Source: Lingula anatina
Taxonomy: Eukaryota > Animalia > Brachiopoda
NCBI GenBank assembly: GCA_051362555.1
Contig: CM120647.1
Span: 12,500,651-12,564,650 of the forward strand
Direction of reading: 5' to 3'
Length of the DNA: 64,000 nucleotides
Shown: one piece after another, positions 26,076-39,394 of the stretch
Layout: every line of letters begins with the position of its first letter
Position numbering within the stretch: the first letter of the stretch is position 1
Notes under the pieces: generated by a model
The model's database searches: none
Seen by the model: only the letters and a program-made list of their open reading frames with translations
What the model was told of the DNA's origin: nothing
Translations under genes and position numbers: made by a program

Positions 26076-26833
26076 ATCTTACATCAAGGCCTCCCAGTGA
26101 TAACAAAATGTCTCTATCATCCCAGTATCTCTCAAGACTTCACCAAAACAACATAATTCATCACCGGGTCAATATTTGATGTAGAGACTCTCGCCCCGTG
26201 ACGGAACCAACTTAACCAACTTAATCCCCTCCCCGGTGTCTGTCAGGTGTTCTTCTCATGCCTCTTCTCCCCAGGCAACCGACCCACAGCGCTACCATTT
26301 AGATTGGAAGTTGATGTCAAGTATTGTTTTTTATTAACTAACACAACACTGAAGTTTCCTGCCATATTACAAAACAAACTGGAATTTCAGAACTTGTTTT
26401 TTAACCTTTTCAAGTCCCCCAGGATAAGTGTGTGATTGTTTGATAAAAGATAATTAATATTTTATGCTACTTATGTATTTAAGACTGTAGTTATTTGTAC
26501 TGGGCTGACTGTGGGTAAATCTATATTACATATCTTCATAAGCTCAAGGGGCTAACTCACTATCAATTGACTGTATGATTTGTTATGCTTTCTGTTCATT
26601 CAGTTAATTAAATACAAGAACTGGAAAAAAATCACGAATGTCTCAAGAGAAAATAAAGAACGCTGGCACACCCTGTCTGTCAATGCTGGGTTTTGTAAGG
26701 TTAGACATTAATGTGTTTACTGTTCTGCTTTTCTCCATTGTGATGTTGCATTGCTTTCTTTAATGATCATATGTTAGAACTGCTACATCATTGGCAACTT
26801 CATACTTCATCATGAGGCAGGCATAATATGACA

Positions 26834-26864
<31 letters not shown>

Positions 26865-27238
26865 TGTGTATGTGTGTGAGAGAGAGAGAGAGATGTATAA
26901 ATGAAAAAAAAAAAGAAAGAGAGAAGATGGATGAATGAACAGAGAGAGAGAGAGAGAGGAGGGGATAGACGAATGAAGAGAGGGAGGACAAATGGAGAGA
27001 GAGAATGGGGAATCATCTTTAAAACAGATTTCATCAAAAGTCTGACTGTTTCACTGAGTTTTACAGTCTGATCAACTGGCCAACATCATAAGGTTTAGTA
27101 CACATTTCAGTAATGTGTACCTCCCCAATATGCAGTGGACGAGTGGTAAAGACCTGAAGTGAGATAGCATATTGAACTTGTGTCTTCTGTCAACTTAACC
27201 TGTCTGGTTTATCTTTGCTAAAGAAAAACAGGTCACTG

Positions 27239-27291
<53 letters not shown>

Positions 27292-27323
27292 TGAGAGAGA
27301 GAGAGAGAGAGAGAGATAGAGAG
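26834..27323. repeat. Two compound (GT)n(GA)n microsatellites; (GA)n also near 25065 and 33303
   Basis: Read directly from the sequence. Confidence 0.9.
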
Positions 27324-30300
27324 AATAGTGTTACATGAAGAGAGAGAAAAGTTTTGTTCAGCAGTATGGGCATGCATAAAAAGAAATGCAAATAATATAA
27401 TTTTTCATGAACTGGTTTTCCTTACCACAACAGCACTGTACAAATTACTCACCTTGAAGGCTCCTTCAAATAGCAGAGGAAATTATATCCAAATTGAAAC
27501 ATTCAATATATATGCTCATATTCTCAAAGTTTCAGAAGTACTTGACCAATCCTCTCAAATCGACCATGTCTGAAAAGTTTTCAGGTTTTTATCTAAACGA
27601 AAAATGTTGACAACTTCCCGCCCGGCATCCAGGTGTTGTTTCTTTGCCGACTTTTCACTGCGACTAATGAGACGTACCTAGTGTCAACTTAGTCATTACA
27701 CCCCTGTGCCTGACACTTGTGATCTTTCTTTACTCACTTTCCTTTTTTATTTGAGGGACAAATCAAAGGAGAAAAGTCTGATTCAGATGGCATTCCTGAT
27801 CAAATTTACATTATTTTACTGGATTTCACACTTTATAATGGGGGTTTGTGTTTCCTATCATTTCCACATAGACAAGTATATAAACAAATCTCTATAACTG
27901 TCCCTAAATGAGATCCAAAGGTAGTTTTTAGGACACTGGAAAACGGTGAAACTTTGGAGTTTATATATTTGATGTTTAAATCACTGACAAATGCCATATT
28001 TTTTCCCAGCAAAATTGCTTTAAAAAATTAGTTTTATCCAGAAAACAAAAAATTCAACAATGTATCATTTTTTAATTTTATGGAGCTAACACTTTAAGGA
28101 AAAATCAACTGACAACTATTTAAAGGTATAATCAATGAAATAAAATACTATTAGTGAGTACAGAATACCCTGTGTTCTATAACATGCTAGTACTATATAT
28201 ATGCAAGCGTAAACATTACCTGGCAGTCACAGGCAAACAACATCAAGTTCTAATAGCGCGTTGTTATGTTGTTCTGTATAAGAAAACCGCCTCGTTAATA
28301 CAGTGTTTGCTCCACATTTCTATACGCAAGTCAGAATTATTTATGCGTCACTGGATAAGGATAAAAATGCATCTAGGATATTGGTGACTTATCCACTTAA
28401 CTGACAATAGATAGTGTGAGTGATTGGTGTTGGTAACAGACATTCAATCCTTCCACATTTTTTAGTTAACAATCCCAGTGTATATCCGATGCCTCCCATG
28501 TAATTAAGCCCCCCTTAAGCCTACAGTAAATAAGTCTACGTAAAAGTTTATACTCTACAGGTACCAAGGCTCAGAAGAATTTTTTTTCCAATAGATATCT
28601 GCAGATATTGGGCTATTCACTACACTAGCTGTTACTAGTACTAGTACATGTATTTTCTAGAACCAGATTCAATAATCATTCGACTTATTCAATATAATTT
28701 GCTTTACTAAATGTACGTAAGTGTTCCTCTCTCCTTGAACTCTCTCTCTCTCTCTCTCTCTCATCTCATCTCATATTGTCATTATATGTAACTTTGAAAA
28801 TAGCACCATTCAAATAACCTCTAACCTTTATAACATCAACTGGACACTGTGTATTTTCTAAAACTGTAGTTAATTATTTAGGTAACAGTGTGTTCTAGTT
28901 ATTGCATATTGCCTAGTACCCTTTCCATTACTCCCCTTTTTCCTCTCGTCCCTCCAATCCCCCAGGCATACGTAGCTTTGCAAATATCCCCATTCAAACA
29001 CTATTTAATGAACCCGCAGCTCCCAGATCAATTAATTGCAATTAATCATGGTCAAGTGTGTTCTACATCTTTACGAGCAATCATTGGGTCAGTCATCTCC
29101 ACGTTGATTTAGGAATTACACTGGTCGTATGATATAATATCTGGAGCTCAACATGCAAGCGTTAAGCTGGTTACCAGATAATGCTCTCTAATGCATTTTA
29201 CAGTGTTTGCTACAGCAATGAGTAGTCCTTTATGACCACATTGAGTTTCAGTGGTCAATGAAAACTCATTTTTAGAGTTTAGTTTCTGATGATCACCAGG
29301 CTAGTAGTTGTAGTCAGGGGTGGGAAGGGGTGGGGGTTAGGGTTTTGAATGTTTGAACAATGCCCCTTTTTTTTGCTGAGAAAATGTCCAATGGGTAAAC
29401 TTTGATCTAGGTACATGAAGGGCTTTATGGTAAAAGGCCCCCTTTTTTTTTCTTTTTTTCTTTTTCTTTTCAAAAAAGAACCCCCTCTTTGAAATTGTTG
29501 GCTTTGGAACAGACCACCCTGATAAGTTTCAGAGGTCAATACAAAGTTGTTTTTAGATGTCATCACCTGATGATCACTTCAAGTTTATGACTCTCATAAG
29601 TCAAATGAAATATATAGTACTAGTAGGGTACTAGGTATAGTGCCCCTCTCTTAGCTTTTAAGAGCATCGCTTTTTCCTTCTCTTCCTAAAAACAGTCTTA
29701 CACATGAAACGATAGAAAACCAAGCACTATTTCAATCTCTCAACCCTCCAACAGACCAACTCCTCGGACCTGGTGTAGTCTGATTATGTTTGCCCCTCAT
29801 GATTATAGCACCACTGAACCAAAGCCATCAGGAAATTAAAATGTCAGCCCTGTCAACAACATTAACAAGTTGTTTAATATCTAAACAATGCCCCTGGTCC
29901 CCTTATCAATAAGCTGTTCCTGAGTTGTCAGGTAACACAGCAAATACAGTAACCTGTATGCTACTTCGTCAACTTGGGGTTAATTGGTTTTCCATTCACA
30001 ATTTTTTAGTCAAATACTAGTTGTGGACAATACAGGAGATACAGAATTGATTAATTAACTCAGACAACATGATTCTTTTTAACTGAAATTATTTTCTCAT
30101 AAAAAGTATTTTGTCCAAATGATTTCCATTTCATTGTTGTGCAGACACATCCCCTCCCTTCCCAAACCCAAACAAAAGCCTGTGCCTGCCACTAATTGTA
30201 GTGAGCTGCTTGTACAATATTTGTCACTTAAAATTATGTCATAAATATTTTGACATTAGTACTAGTATTTGGTTTATTACATTTGCCTGAGTAGGTTCCT

Positions 30301-30431
30301 TTTTCACATCGAACAGCACAGTTTTCTATATCTCACCTGACTAGGAAGTGTCTCAAATGGACTGGTCATGTCTTTATCAGTTGAATTCTGTATCACTCCA
30401 TGTTACGGGGGCCTCTCACAGGGAAAGGCAC

Positions 30432-30570
30432 TTTTTAAAGACACTTTTTGGTTAAAACCAACCAAATCACCCAGTGTACCCAACCCTTTCTTTAAACATT
30501 CATTAGGTTTTAAAGACACTTTTTGGTTAAAACCAACCCAATCACCCAGTGTCCCCAACCCTTTCTTTTA
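30432..30570. repeat. ~75 bp tandem duplication
   Basis: ttttaaagacactttttggttaaaaccaacc...caaccctttcttta occurs twice. Confidence 0.85.
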
Positions 30571-30887
30571 GCATTAATCAGGACCTACCTCTTTGTTCAA
30601 CAGTTTTCTAAAATTATCCCTGTCAAACTAATTCCTCAGTATGAACTTCTTTAGAGTCGGTCTGAATATTTAAAAGTTAAATACTTGACAAAACCTGCAT
30701 GAAGGTGGTTAAACAGTTGCTGCACTCTTAAGTGTGGCTGTCACAATGTGTGTTAAAACTCTACCGATGTATCAACAAAGTACTTAAACCTCGGCCTATT
30801 AATACACAGCATTTGTTGGTCTAGTGCTAAATGCTGAACCCACATGGACTTGAATATGCATATTTGCAAATTGAACATTTTTTTAAA

Positions 30888-31160
30888 TAGAGCTTGATTC
30901 TTCAAAGAGACTTGTTTAAGAGAGCCTGATCCTTTAAAGACTTAAGAGGCCTGTGGAAGGGGGTTAGTTCTTTGAAGAGACCTGAGTAAGACGGTCTGAT
31001 TCATGAAAGAGGCCTGTGTAAAAGAGGCTGAACAATTCAAATGGCTTGCGTATGGGGGTCTAATTCTTTATGAGGGTCTGTGTAAGGGAGTCTGATCAAT
31101 TAAAATGACTTGACATTGTGTAAGAGGGTCTGATTCTTTAAAGAAACCTGTGTAAAAGGT
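30888..31160. repeat. Diverged ~32 bp minisatellite (about 8 units)
   Basis: Consensus close to gtaagagggtctgattctttaaagagacctgt. Confidence 0.65.
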
Positions 31161-31175
31161 TCCTAGTCTGAGTTA

Positions 31176-31425
31176 GGGACCATTCCCACAGATAATTGGA
31201 TCTATCTATCTCCCTGGGAAGTCTCACTAAATTGCTATCAAACTATCCAGCTTAAACATCTGTCACGCCTAGTAAAACTGTTAGGGGGTAATTAGCTTTA
31301 CCCCTAGCTGATTCAGTAGGCGTGACAGACATTTAAGCCTCTAGAGCTAATAGCAATTTAGTGTGAACCCCCAGGGAGATAGGTCAATCCAGGTGGATCA
31401 ATCTAAGTATAATGGGAACCCAGTC
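31176..31425. mobile_element. Foldback MITE, family B, TTA target duplication
   Basis: tta-GGGACCATTCCCA...TGGGAACCCAGTC-tta; related copies at 32643, 35478 and 59998. Confidence 0.78.
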
Positions 31426-32427
31426 TTAGTGAGAGTAAGGTGTATACAGCATAGGGAGGGAGGTGAGACAGATGTCACAGATACCAACTTGTGCAAATGT
31501 TTCTCAGAAAAACTTGACAGACAGAGGAAATGGATCTTTCATTTCATCAATTCCCATAGAATTAACATCGAACGTTTTTATTATACAATTAGTCATAATA
31601 TTTAATTACAGACTCCTACTTTGCTGTTTTGTTAAGTTCAAATCTGAATTAAAAAAAAAATAGAACAAAAATTCGAAAGAAAATCTTATTTCTTTTTTAA
31701 GAACAGAAAAGCTACAGATGAACCTGAGCCTCTAGAAGTCAAAGAATCACGTTTGACCCTGACTAGTTAAAGAGTCAACTTTGTATTGAATTACACTTGA
31801 ATTGAATGACAACATGCCAGCTGCCAGCAGCCAACTTTTTTCACTTCAATCTGAAGTTTAGACTTTGAGACACTGCAATTTATCATCATTCAAACAAGAA
31901 TTAACTGAAAATAAGGATTTTCAATGTCAACCCACTACCTACACAAACTGACATTTAAATTTTGATAATGGCTTGAAATGCCAGTTGGTTTTTTCACTGA
32001 ACCTGATTCACAGAAGGTGAAACTGACAAGACCATTTTATCATCAGGTAAAAATATATGCCTCATTCAAGCTTAGGCAGGATAAGATAACATATCAGAAT
32101 TGCCCTGTTCAAAAAGCAACAAAATTTGATAAGATTTAATTCCTGTAATACTGTATTGCTGCTCCAAATGAAATCCCTGTAATAAGACATCAGAATTGCC
32201 CTGTTGAAAAAAAGACAACTTAAAAAGCTTTAATCTTCTCTTTATCTGGAGCTTTCATACTGTTCTGATATTGAAGTGCTTTTGATCACATTTTATGAGT
32301 ATTACCCCCTTTATCAGACTAAGAGAATAAATTATGCATAATCCTATGTAGAAAAATGATAGCCCTGGGTCTAGGACAAAAAACCCTCTGGCTAGACGAA
32401 CGTATGTAAAACTTCCTCAAACTCAGA

Positions 32428-33217
32428 GGGGCCCATTCAGAACCAGCTGATCCCTGAAGTAGCAGATCAAGGGATCAAATATGGCTGTCCCACTAGACAG
32501 TTTGCCACATAATCCCCTAATAGACACTGAAAAGATTCCCAGATCCTTCAGGGATTACACAGAAAGTTTTCAAGTGGTTCAGCCATATCTGATTAGCGGA
32601 TCGTAAGTCAGCAGATCAACTTGTGTTGTGAATGCAGCCTAAGGGCGCATTCCCATAGATTTTAGATTGATCTATCCCCGTGGGGAGTCTCACTAGATTA
32701 CTTGTCCGTCCCGTCTACTACACGCTCTAAGGGGGTAATTAACTTTCGTGCCCGCTCGGCTGACAGATATTTAGCGTAAACCCCCAGGGAGTTAGGTCGA
32801 TCTAGTTGGATCGATCTAATCTCTGGGAATGGGGTCTAAGCGACCCATTCAAAATAGATCTCCCTAGCTGAATGCAATCAGATTAACAGACAACTGCACC
32901 TCTTCCTGGCAATGAGTAGAGGAGCTGGTGATTATAAATACCGTATAATGCAAGTACATTGGAAACAAACAGAGCCGTGTCCTAGTAAATCTGACAGTAT
33001 TCAGTGCGAGTCCCCCTGGAGTTAATGTGCAGTAGCTAATGCAGTTTAACACATTCTGAATGAACCCTTAGGCCCTTTCCATATCAGATGGTATACTTGA
33101 GGGTACTGCTACACTTTGAGAGGTCCTAACTTGTAGTAATGCTATTGGAGGTTTTATTCACTTTCACAAGTTCCACAAGACAATACCAGAATGGAGGGCC
33201 ATACATGGGAAAAGGAC
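32428..33217. mobile_element. Stack of four abutting MITEs separated by TAA/TAA/TTA
   Basis: Units about 32428-32639, 32643-32836, 32840-33067 and 33071-33217, each with GGnCCATTC-like inverted ends. Confidence 0.65.
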
Positions 33218-33299
33218 AGAAGACCTGAAAAACCAGATAATGTTGATGATGATGATGATGCTTCATACTGCTAGGGCAAAAATTGATAAATTGGTCAAG

Positions 33300-33342
<43 letters not shown>

Positions 33343-35477
33343 GGTGGGTAGGGCTCTGTCAAGGTGACTCTCCTTAGTAATATCCAGGAAATCTCTCAAA
33401 GCGTATCCGTATATCAGAAGGCTAAGTAATTCATGTTCAAAATAGAAGAAAACGTACCAGCAGGATTGATGTACCATGATAGGGACTCTCGCTAAGGCAC
33501 AGTCAATGTAACTCTCGTAACTTAAAGTAAAGAGTAAAGTCCAGAAGCTTTGTTGTCTATGATGTTTATGTTGCTTTGCAGGGGGCATGCCAGACAATTT
33601 AGCTTATTACATGATTGACTGTGCCTTAGCAAGAATCCCTGCCAAGATGGATCAATCCTGCTAGTACAATAACTTCTATTCTGAACACAGCCATCAACTG
33701 AGGCATCCAACACCTCAGCATCTGGGTCATATTTTATGGGTACAATACATTTAGAAAAACAAAAGCCCATGTATTATATTATAGTTACCTGTTGCTCATA
33801 AAACAATTATTGTACATGATGCTTCACAAAGCAGTTTGCCTTAAACGTATCTCAGATTAACTCTCACCTGTCTAATGATACATCTCTTTTATTACACCTG
33901 TAGCCTGGAGACTCATAATATGACTCCTTAACACCTTGTTAACAGCTAGGATATAGTCACAGAGCGGGTATGAAGTTCATGTACACACTTTTTTTAACCT
34001 AGAGACCAGCACAACATGGCTTCTAGTTTCCCTGTGAAACTCTGGTGTGGGTAGAAAGTTCTTGCACACTGCTACTTAGGAACTTCTGAAAAATGAAACA
34101 TGAAAAGTATGAAAAAGTTGTAATTAAATAACCTGGTATTTTTCCCTTTTTCATATCTATATTGACAAGTGACGACAGCCTTATAAAAAAATATATTACA
34201 CCTTTACATCCCTACAGGTCTACTATTTGTACTTATTGTATCTGCCTCCCCACCTCTAATGAATTGCCTTGTTTTTCCTACCATCAGTTAACACACCAAA
34301 TTAAGATAACAAAAAAGAAGTCTACAAAATACAAACCCAAGACTTCCATTCCCCTACAAATACCTGTGAAGCAATGCAACTTTATTTAATTACTTCACAC
34401 TCTCAAGATAATTGATTAAAACCACAAACAAAATTTAAACCTACAAATTCACAAGTTTTCCCCCTCCCCTGTACTTCAGTGTCGGTTAAGAAAACAATCC
34501 AATCAAACGCCAGCTTCTGTCCTTTCTAATCCACCCATAGAGCTGACCACCTGACAGAGAAAACACCATTATTGAAACAAACCCAGGCCTGAGCCAATAG
34601 AACAAATCAAAACTGTTTCTTTGAGTGGGATAATAAAACCTCATTGTTTGTGTTAGGCCTACCTGGCTAAATGGCCCACAAAGCCATGTTGTGGATTGAT
34701 ACTGTTTGAGTGTGGTGATGCGTGTAGCTTACAGAGCGAGACCAGTGTCGAGTGTCAGCCATGTGTACCTTACATGTCAAGTGCATACCTTCGATATATT
34801 GACATGCATATGCGCGAATATACAGCACGGGCTCTGTCTGTAGGATTAAGTTTCTTTTCAGCAAATATATGGACAGTTTAGAGCTGATTTGAAATTCTGA
34901 ACTAAACCAATAATAAACAAGACAGAGAAGTCAAATCTGTTGCATTATTTTAAGTAAAATAAGATGTAAAGGATTTCTGCTGATATAAACTATACTACAG
35001 TAAGCCCAGGGGCTTGTATCATTGAAGAACTTCAGCCTGAAAATAGGTCTAAAATTTTAAACCACTTTTTAGTCTGCTAGTACTTTGACCCCATATAAAC
35101 CCATAGTGCTTTAATCAGTTGAAATATGTCACCCCTTTTCTATCAAGGAATATTTGGTGACTGGTAACAATATATGCAAAAAAAAACTTATAAATGATAA
35201 ATTACAAGAAAAAAGACAAATACTAGGACTAGTACTAGTATAGAAGGATAAAGAAAAGAACAAAGGTGACGGACCCAATAACATGCTTTCCAACTGGAGT
35301 TTTCTATTTTAAATGCTACAGAAACCTGAAATTTACTGCTAGCTATAGAAAGGAATGAATCTAAGGAGATCAGTTTACAAAACTACATGTTGTTTCCAAA
35401 GTTCAATTTTGTTTTCCTTCACCAAAAGCCTTTGATCTAAAGTTGATTTAGGCTGTCAGCTGTAATTGGGCATTTAA

Positions 35478-35692
35478 GGCTCTGTTCTCACAACTTTTAG
35501 ATCGATCTATCACCGCGGGGAGTCTCACTAGATTACTGTCAGATAATCCCCCTTAAGTGTCCGTCCCCGCCTACTACAAGCTTTAAGGGGTAATTAACTT
35601 TCGTGTCCGCCCGGCTGACAGCTATTTAGCGTGAACCCCCAGGGAGTTAGGTCGATCCAATGTAGGTCGATCTAATCTATGAGAATGGGGTG
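35478..35692. mobile_element. Foldback MITE, family B
   Basis: Close match to 32643-32836 (ggggagtctcactagattac...cccccagggagttaggtcgatc). Confidence 0.78.
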
Positions 35693-36727
35693 TATGTGTA
35701 GATTATATTTCACAATTTGAATTATGCATACCACAATATGGAGGAAACAGACACATATTTTGTGATTCTAAATTTATAAATATTTAGTGTTGATAATTTA
35801 TAATAAGTATAGTTTATAAATTTATAATAATAAGTATAGTGCCATCATATTTTTCCTGTTACGAGTGAAATTCACCAGCATCTCTAATATATGAGAGTAA
35901 CACAAAAATCTAGAATTCAAACTAAGAACTCAAAAACAGTTTTACATAGCGTGCTTTTCTCGACACAGGGCTCAACTATTAATACAGCTATGACTAAGAT
36001 ACTTGACATTATGTATGGTTACTATACAGCACTAGTAGGGGAAATCATTTAAATTAATTGCAAGGAAAATTTATTATTTTGCTATATATGGATCTAAAGT
36101 GCACTGTATACTTTTCATATATATCCGTTTCACTTTTTTAATTTCGATCAAATACTGTCTAATCTTTTAACAGTCTATATGCATAGTTGTAACTATGCAT
36201 TTATAAACAAATTACATACTGACCACATGTAAGTCCAATTAAACATGTGACAATCCTCAACATTTGTCTTTAACAAAATTTGACAAAAAAACATACATTT
36301 CAAACTTGGGCATATCAGACACTATAGTTACTTCAACGCCAAAACATACTGTACTAGTAACAATTTTCAGTTTATCGAAGTTAAAGACAGAGCTGTGCGT
36401 GTGTGTTGTGTGTGTGTGCGTGCGTGTTGTGTGTGTGTGTGTGCGCGAGCCCTTCACACACAAATGTCAATAAATGTAGACATATGCTGCACATGTGACA
36501 TCTTGACGATACTGAAAAGAACATCGTTTTCTGAGACACAGTGAGAGCGAGATTCCGCCACCGATTCCGCCGGCATTTTGCCATTTTGGTTGGCATGGAA
36601 TTTACGTAAACAAAGCGGTTACACCAAGAACCCGGTAAGAACAAGGATTCTGTCCTACGCCTCCTACTAGAAATGTATTTAAAGATGTCGTTTATGCTAA
36701 AATTACGCCAAGTTTCGACATACTTAC

Positions 36728-36812
36728 CTTCAAAATACAGCACAGCTTCTGCAGAAGTTCACCCAGCTTCTTTAACTTTGGTTGTAAATGCGCATGCGTG
36801 AACAATGGCGGA
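36728..36812 (-). promoter_or_regulatory. Likely distal promoter and non-coding first exon of the CCP gene
   Basis: Strong donor AAG|gtaagt at 36727; NRF1-like TGCGCATGCG at 36789-36798; YY1-like AACAATGGCGG at 36801; abrupt rise in CpG. Confidence 0.55.
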
Positions 36813-37206
36813 TTACTTGAATTTTGTGGCCACTTGTAAAATATTTAAATAATCCAAATGTTTCTCCTTTATCAACATTTCATAATACTAATACATAATG
36901 TATGGGCATTCCAGTACTGACGTGCAGTAAACACAGAAGGTGGCAGCGCCAATGTATGAAACAGTTTGGTGAAAAACAACATTCTTATTTTTATTAAACA
37001 CTGTTTAAAGCTACATGTAGGCCTACATGTACATGCCTAAGTAGGGCTTATTTAACTTGAAAATATTTGAATTTTTTCGTTATTTTTTACTATTTTTTTA
37101 AATCTATTCGGACATACATTTTACTTTTAACGTCTACCTAGTAGGCCCATTTGAAAAATGATAATTTTAGTAGCTAAATGAATAACGGAGTAGGCCTAAT
37201 ATAATA

Positions 37207-37493
37207 GGGCCTACATTCCGACGGTCTTTTGTTCGGAGGAACTTTGGCTCCGAAGGTCTGCTATTCCGAAGCCATAGCGGCGTCGGAAATTAAACATGCA
37301 CTGCATAAACTGCTATCAAAAATTTTCTCTATTTACCCAATATACTAACAGTAACGCACACGTGGCGAAATAACAGTCAAAAGCGCCTCTCTGCACATGC
37401 AAGTAATATTAGGCCTACTGCGTTTAACTCTTTCGGAACAGCGTGCCCTCGGGCTAAAAATCATTCGGAATATCGAACCCTCGGAACAGCGGT

Positions 37494-37550
<57 letters not shown>

Positions 37551-37626
37551 GGCTCCTACAGTCTTCGGAAAATCGATCGGACCCTCGGAACATTGCGCCC
37601 TCGGACTAACAGGCGTAGGCCTACCC
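37207..37626. mobile_element. Degenerate MITE with TTCCGA/TCGGAA subterminal repeats
   Basis: Several ttccga-type motifs on the left and tcggaa-type motifs on the right; interrupted by poly-T. Confidence 0.45.
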
Positions 37627-38423
37627 CTGTAAAATAGTGAAGTTGCGTTCATGTTTTTTTTTTTTCATAAACTTTCTTTTTCTTTATTTTCACATAATTT
37701 TTCCAAGCTGACTTAAGCTGTTCTCGTACGTTCACAGTTCATAAAAAAGCTTTGACAATTATCCAATATAAAATTAACAAGGAATATTCCCCCCGGCGGA
37801 CCGCCACGCGGTAGTGTCACAACTAACACAATCTACACATTCATTGAACTTCTTGTGTTCGGGTGGGCCCAGGCCAAATCTAAAACATATATATATATAT
37901 ATAGCCATATTTTATATATCTGCATTTGTAGTTGCAACCTTTTGAAGATGAAACTGATCAGTATTCGAAATTCGAATTAAACCACTCAAGCCTATTTCTA
38001 TCAAATTGTAAGTTAACATCTGTATCAATCTCCTCAATGCCCTTAAAAGAATATAGAACTTTATTTGTAGCAAAAAAATTGCATTGAAAGAAGCGAAAAG
38101 AAAAGAACCTTCCCGGAAATGCTATTTTAGTCCGGTTGCCGTATCATCCATTTCAATTGATACAGATACCGAGGTCAGAATGTCACCTAGATCAAATGAA
38201 AACCTCTTCTTAAAGAGATTACGATAAAAACTGGCGTTAAACCCTGGCCTCTTAAACGATATGGCTATTTTCTAAAACGAGCCTTAGATTTGGGAGCACA
38301 AATGCACAAATTAGTCACAAATTAGTATAGTAGGCCTACCACAAAGTAAAACCCAGCTTTTCATTACACAAAGAATGTTACCGGCTTCCATCTGGGTGTC
38401 TGGCTGAATAATTATCCCCTTAC

Positions 38424-38476
<53 letters not shown>

Positions 38477-39187
38477 GTGACTATTTTCAATATGGTGGAA
38501 GATACGAGAAACAGCACGCTTGCGCTTTCGGAGATTCTTAGTCGCTGACGAGTCACATATTCTCCCTCTTTCTGCGTCTTTGATGAAAGAGAAAGTAATT
38601 TTGACGTCCACGGCCCAATATACAGGTAGTCTGGAGCTTGATACCGTAGATTTCTGTTTCTTTGGTTTAAACAATTAATTAATCACTGCGGTATACTGAC
38701 AAACAATTAAGAAACAAGAATTTTTGCAGGTATGTGATCTGCTTTGTTTGTTTGTGGTCAGATTTTTGTTCGGCGTCAGAGGTCACTTTTTATATATTTT
38801 GGTGTCAAAAAAAATCAGTAGATTGGTAATTGCTCTAAGATAAAGCTTACTGATTTTCACAAGGATCATGCTTATTGCCTATATGTAAAAAATCTCAAAT
38901 TTTTAAATGAATATGGGAAACGCCCACTGAAATTTAAAACAAATTGCATTTTTTTATGTAATCTCACTGATTGTGTGAAGTGATGCTGGGTCATGCCTCC
39001 TTCCAACGTACCAGGTCTCACCCAATTCATCGACCGGGAACGCCAAATGTAGGGGATTTGAACTGTTAATCTGTAAGACGTCTGTGAACGAAACTACACG
39101 AATGAATGGATTGTTCATTATAATCTCAAGGACAGTTGGAGGATTGTCACTAGCGACAGAGTGCTCTAACTTCCGTTTGTGAAAATT

Positions 39188-39394
39188 GGCCGAATATACA
39201 ACCAGTCAATGCGAAGACTGACTAGTCCGCGGACCAAATATGGCGCGACCCACTGGTAAACGTGCCGAGATTTCATTGCTCTGCCCCTGCTGGAACGGCG
39301 CGCGTTAGAGACAGGAATCCATTAATGGAAAGTGCGCGCCATATTTGATCCGTGGACTAGATAGTCCTCAGATCAACTGGTTGTGAACGTGGCC
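39188..39394. mobile_element. Foldback MITE, family A relative
   Basis: Inverted arms (ctagtccgcggaccaaatatggcgcg / cgcgccatatttgatccgtggactag) and the shared core gccgagatttcattgctctgcccctgc. Confidence 0.7.
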
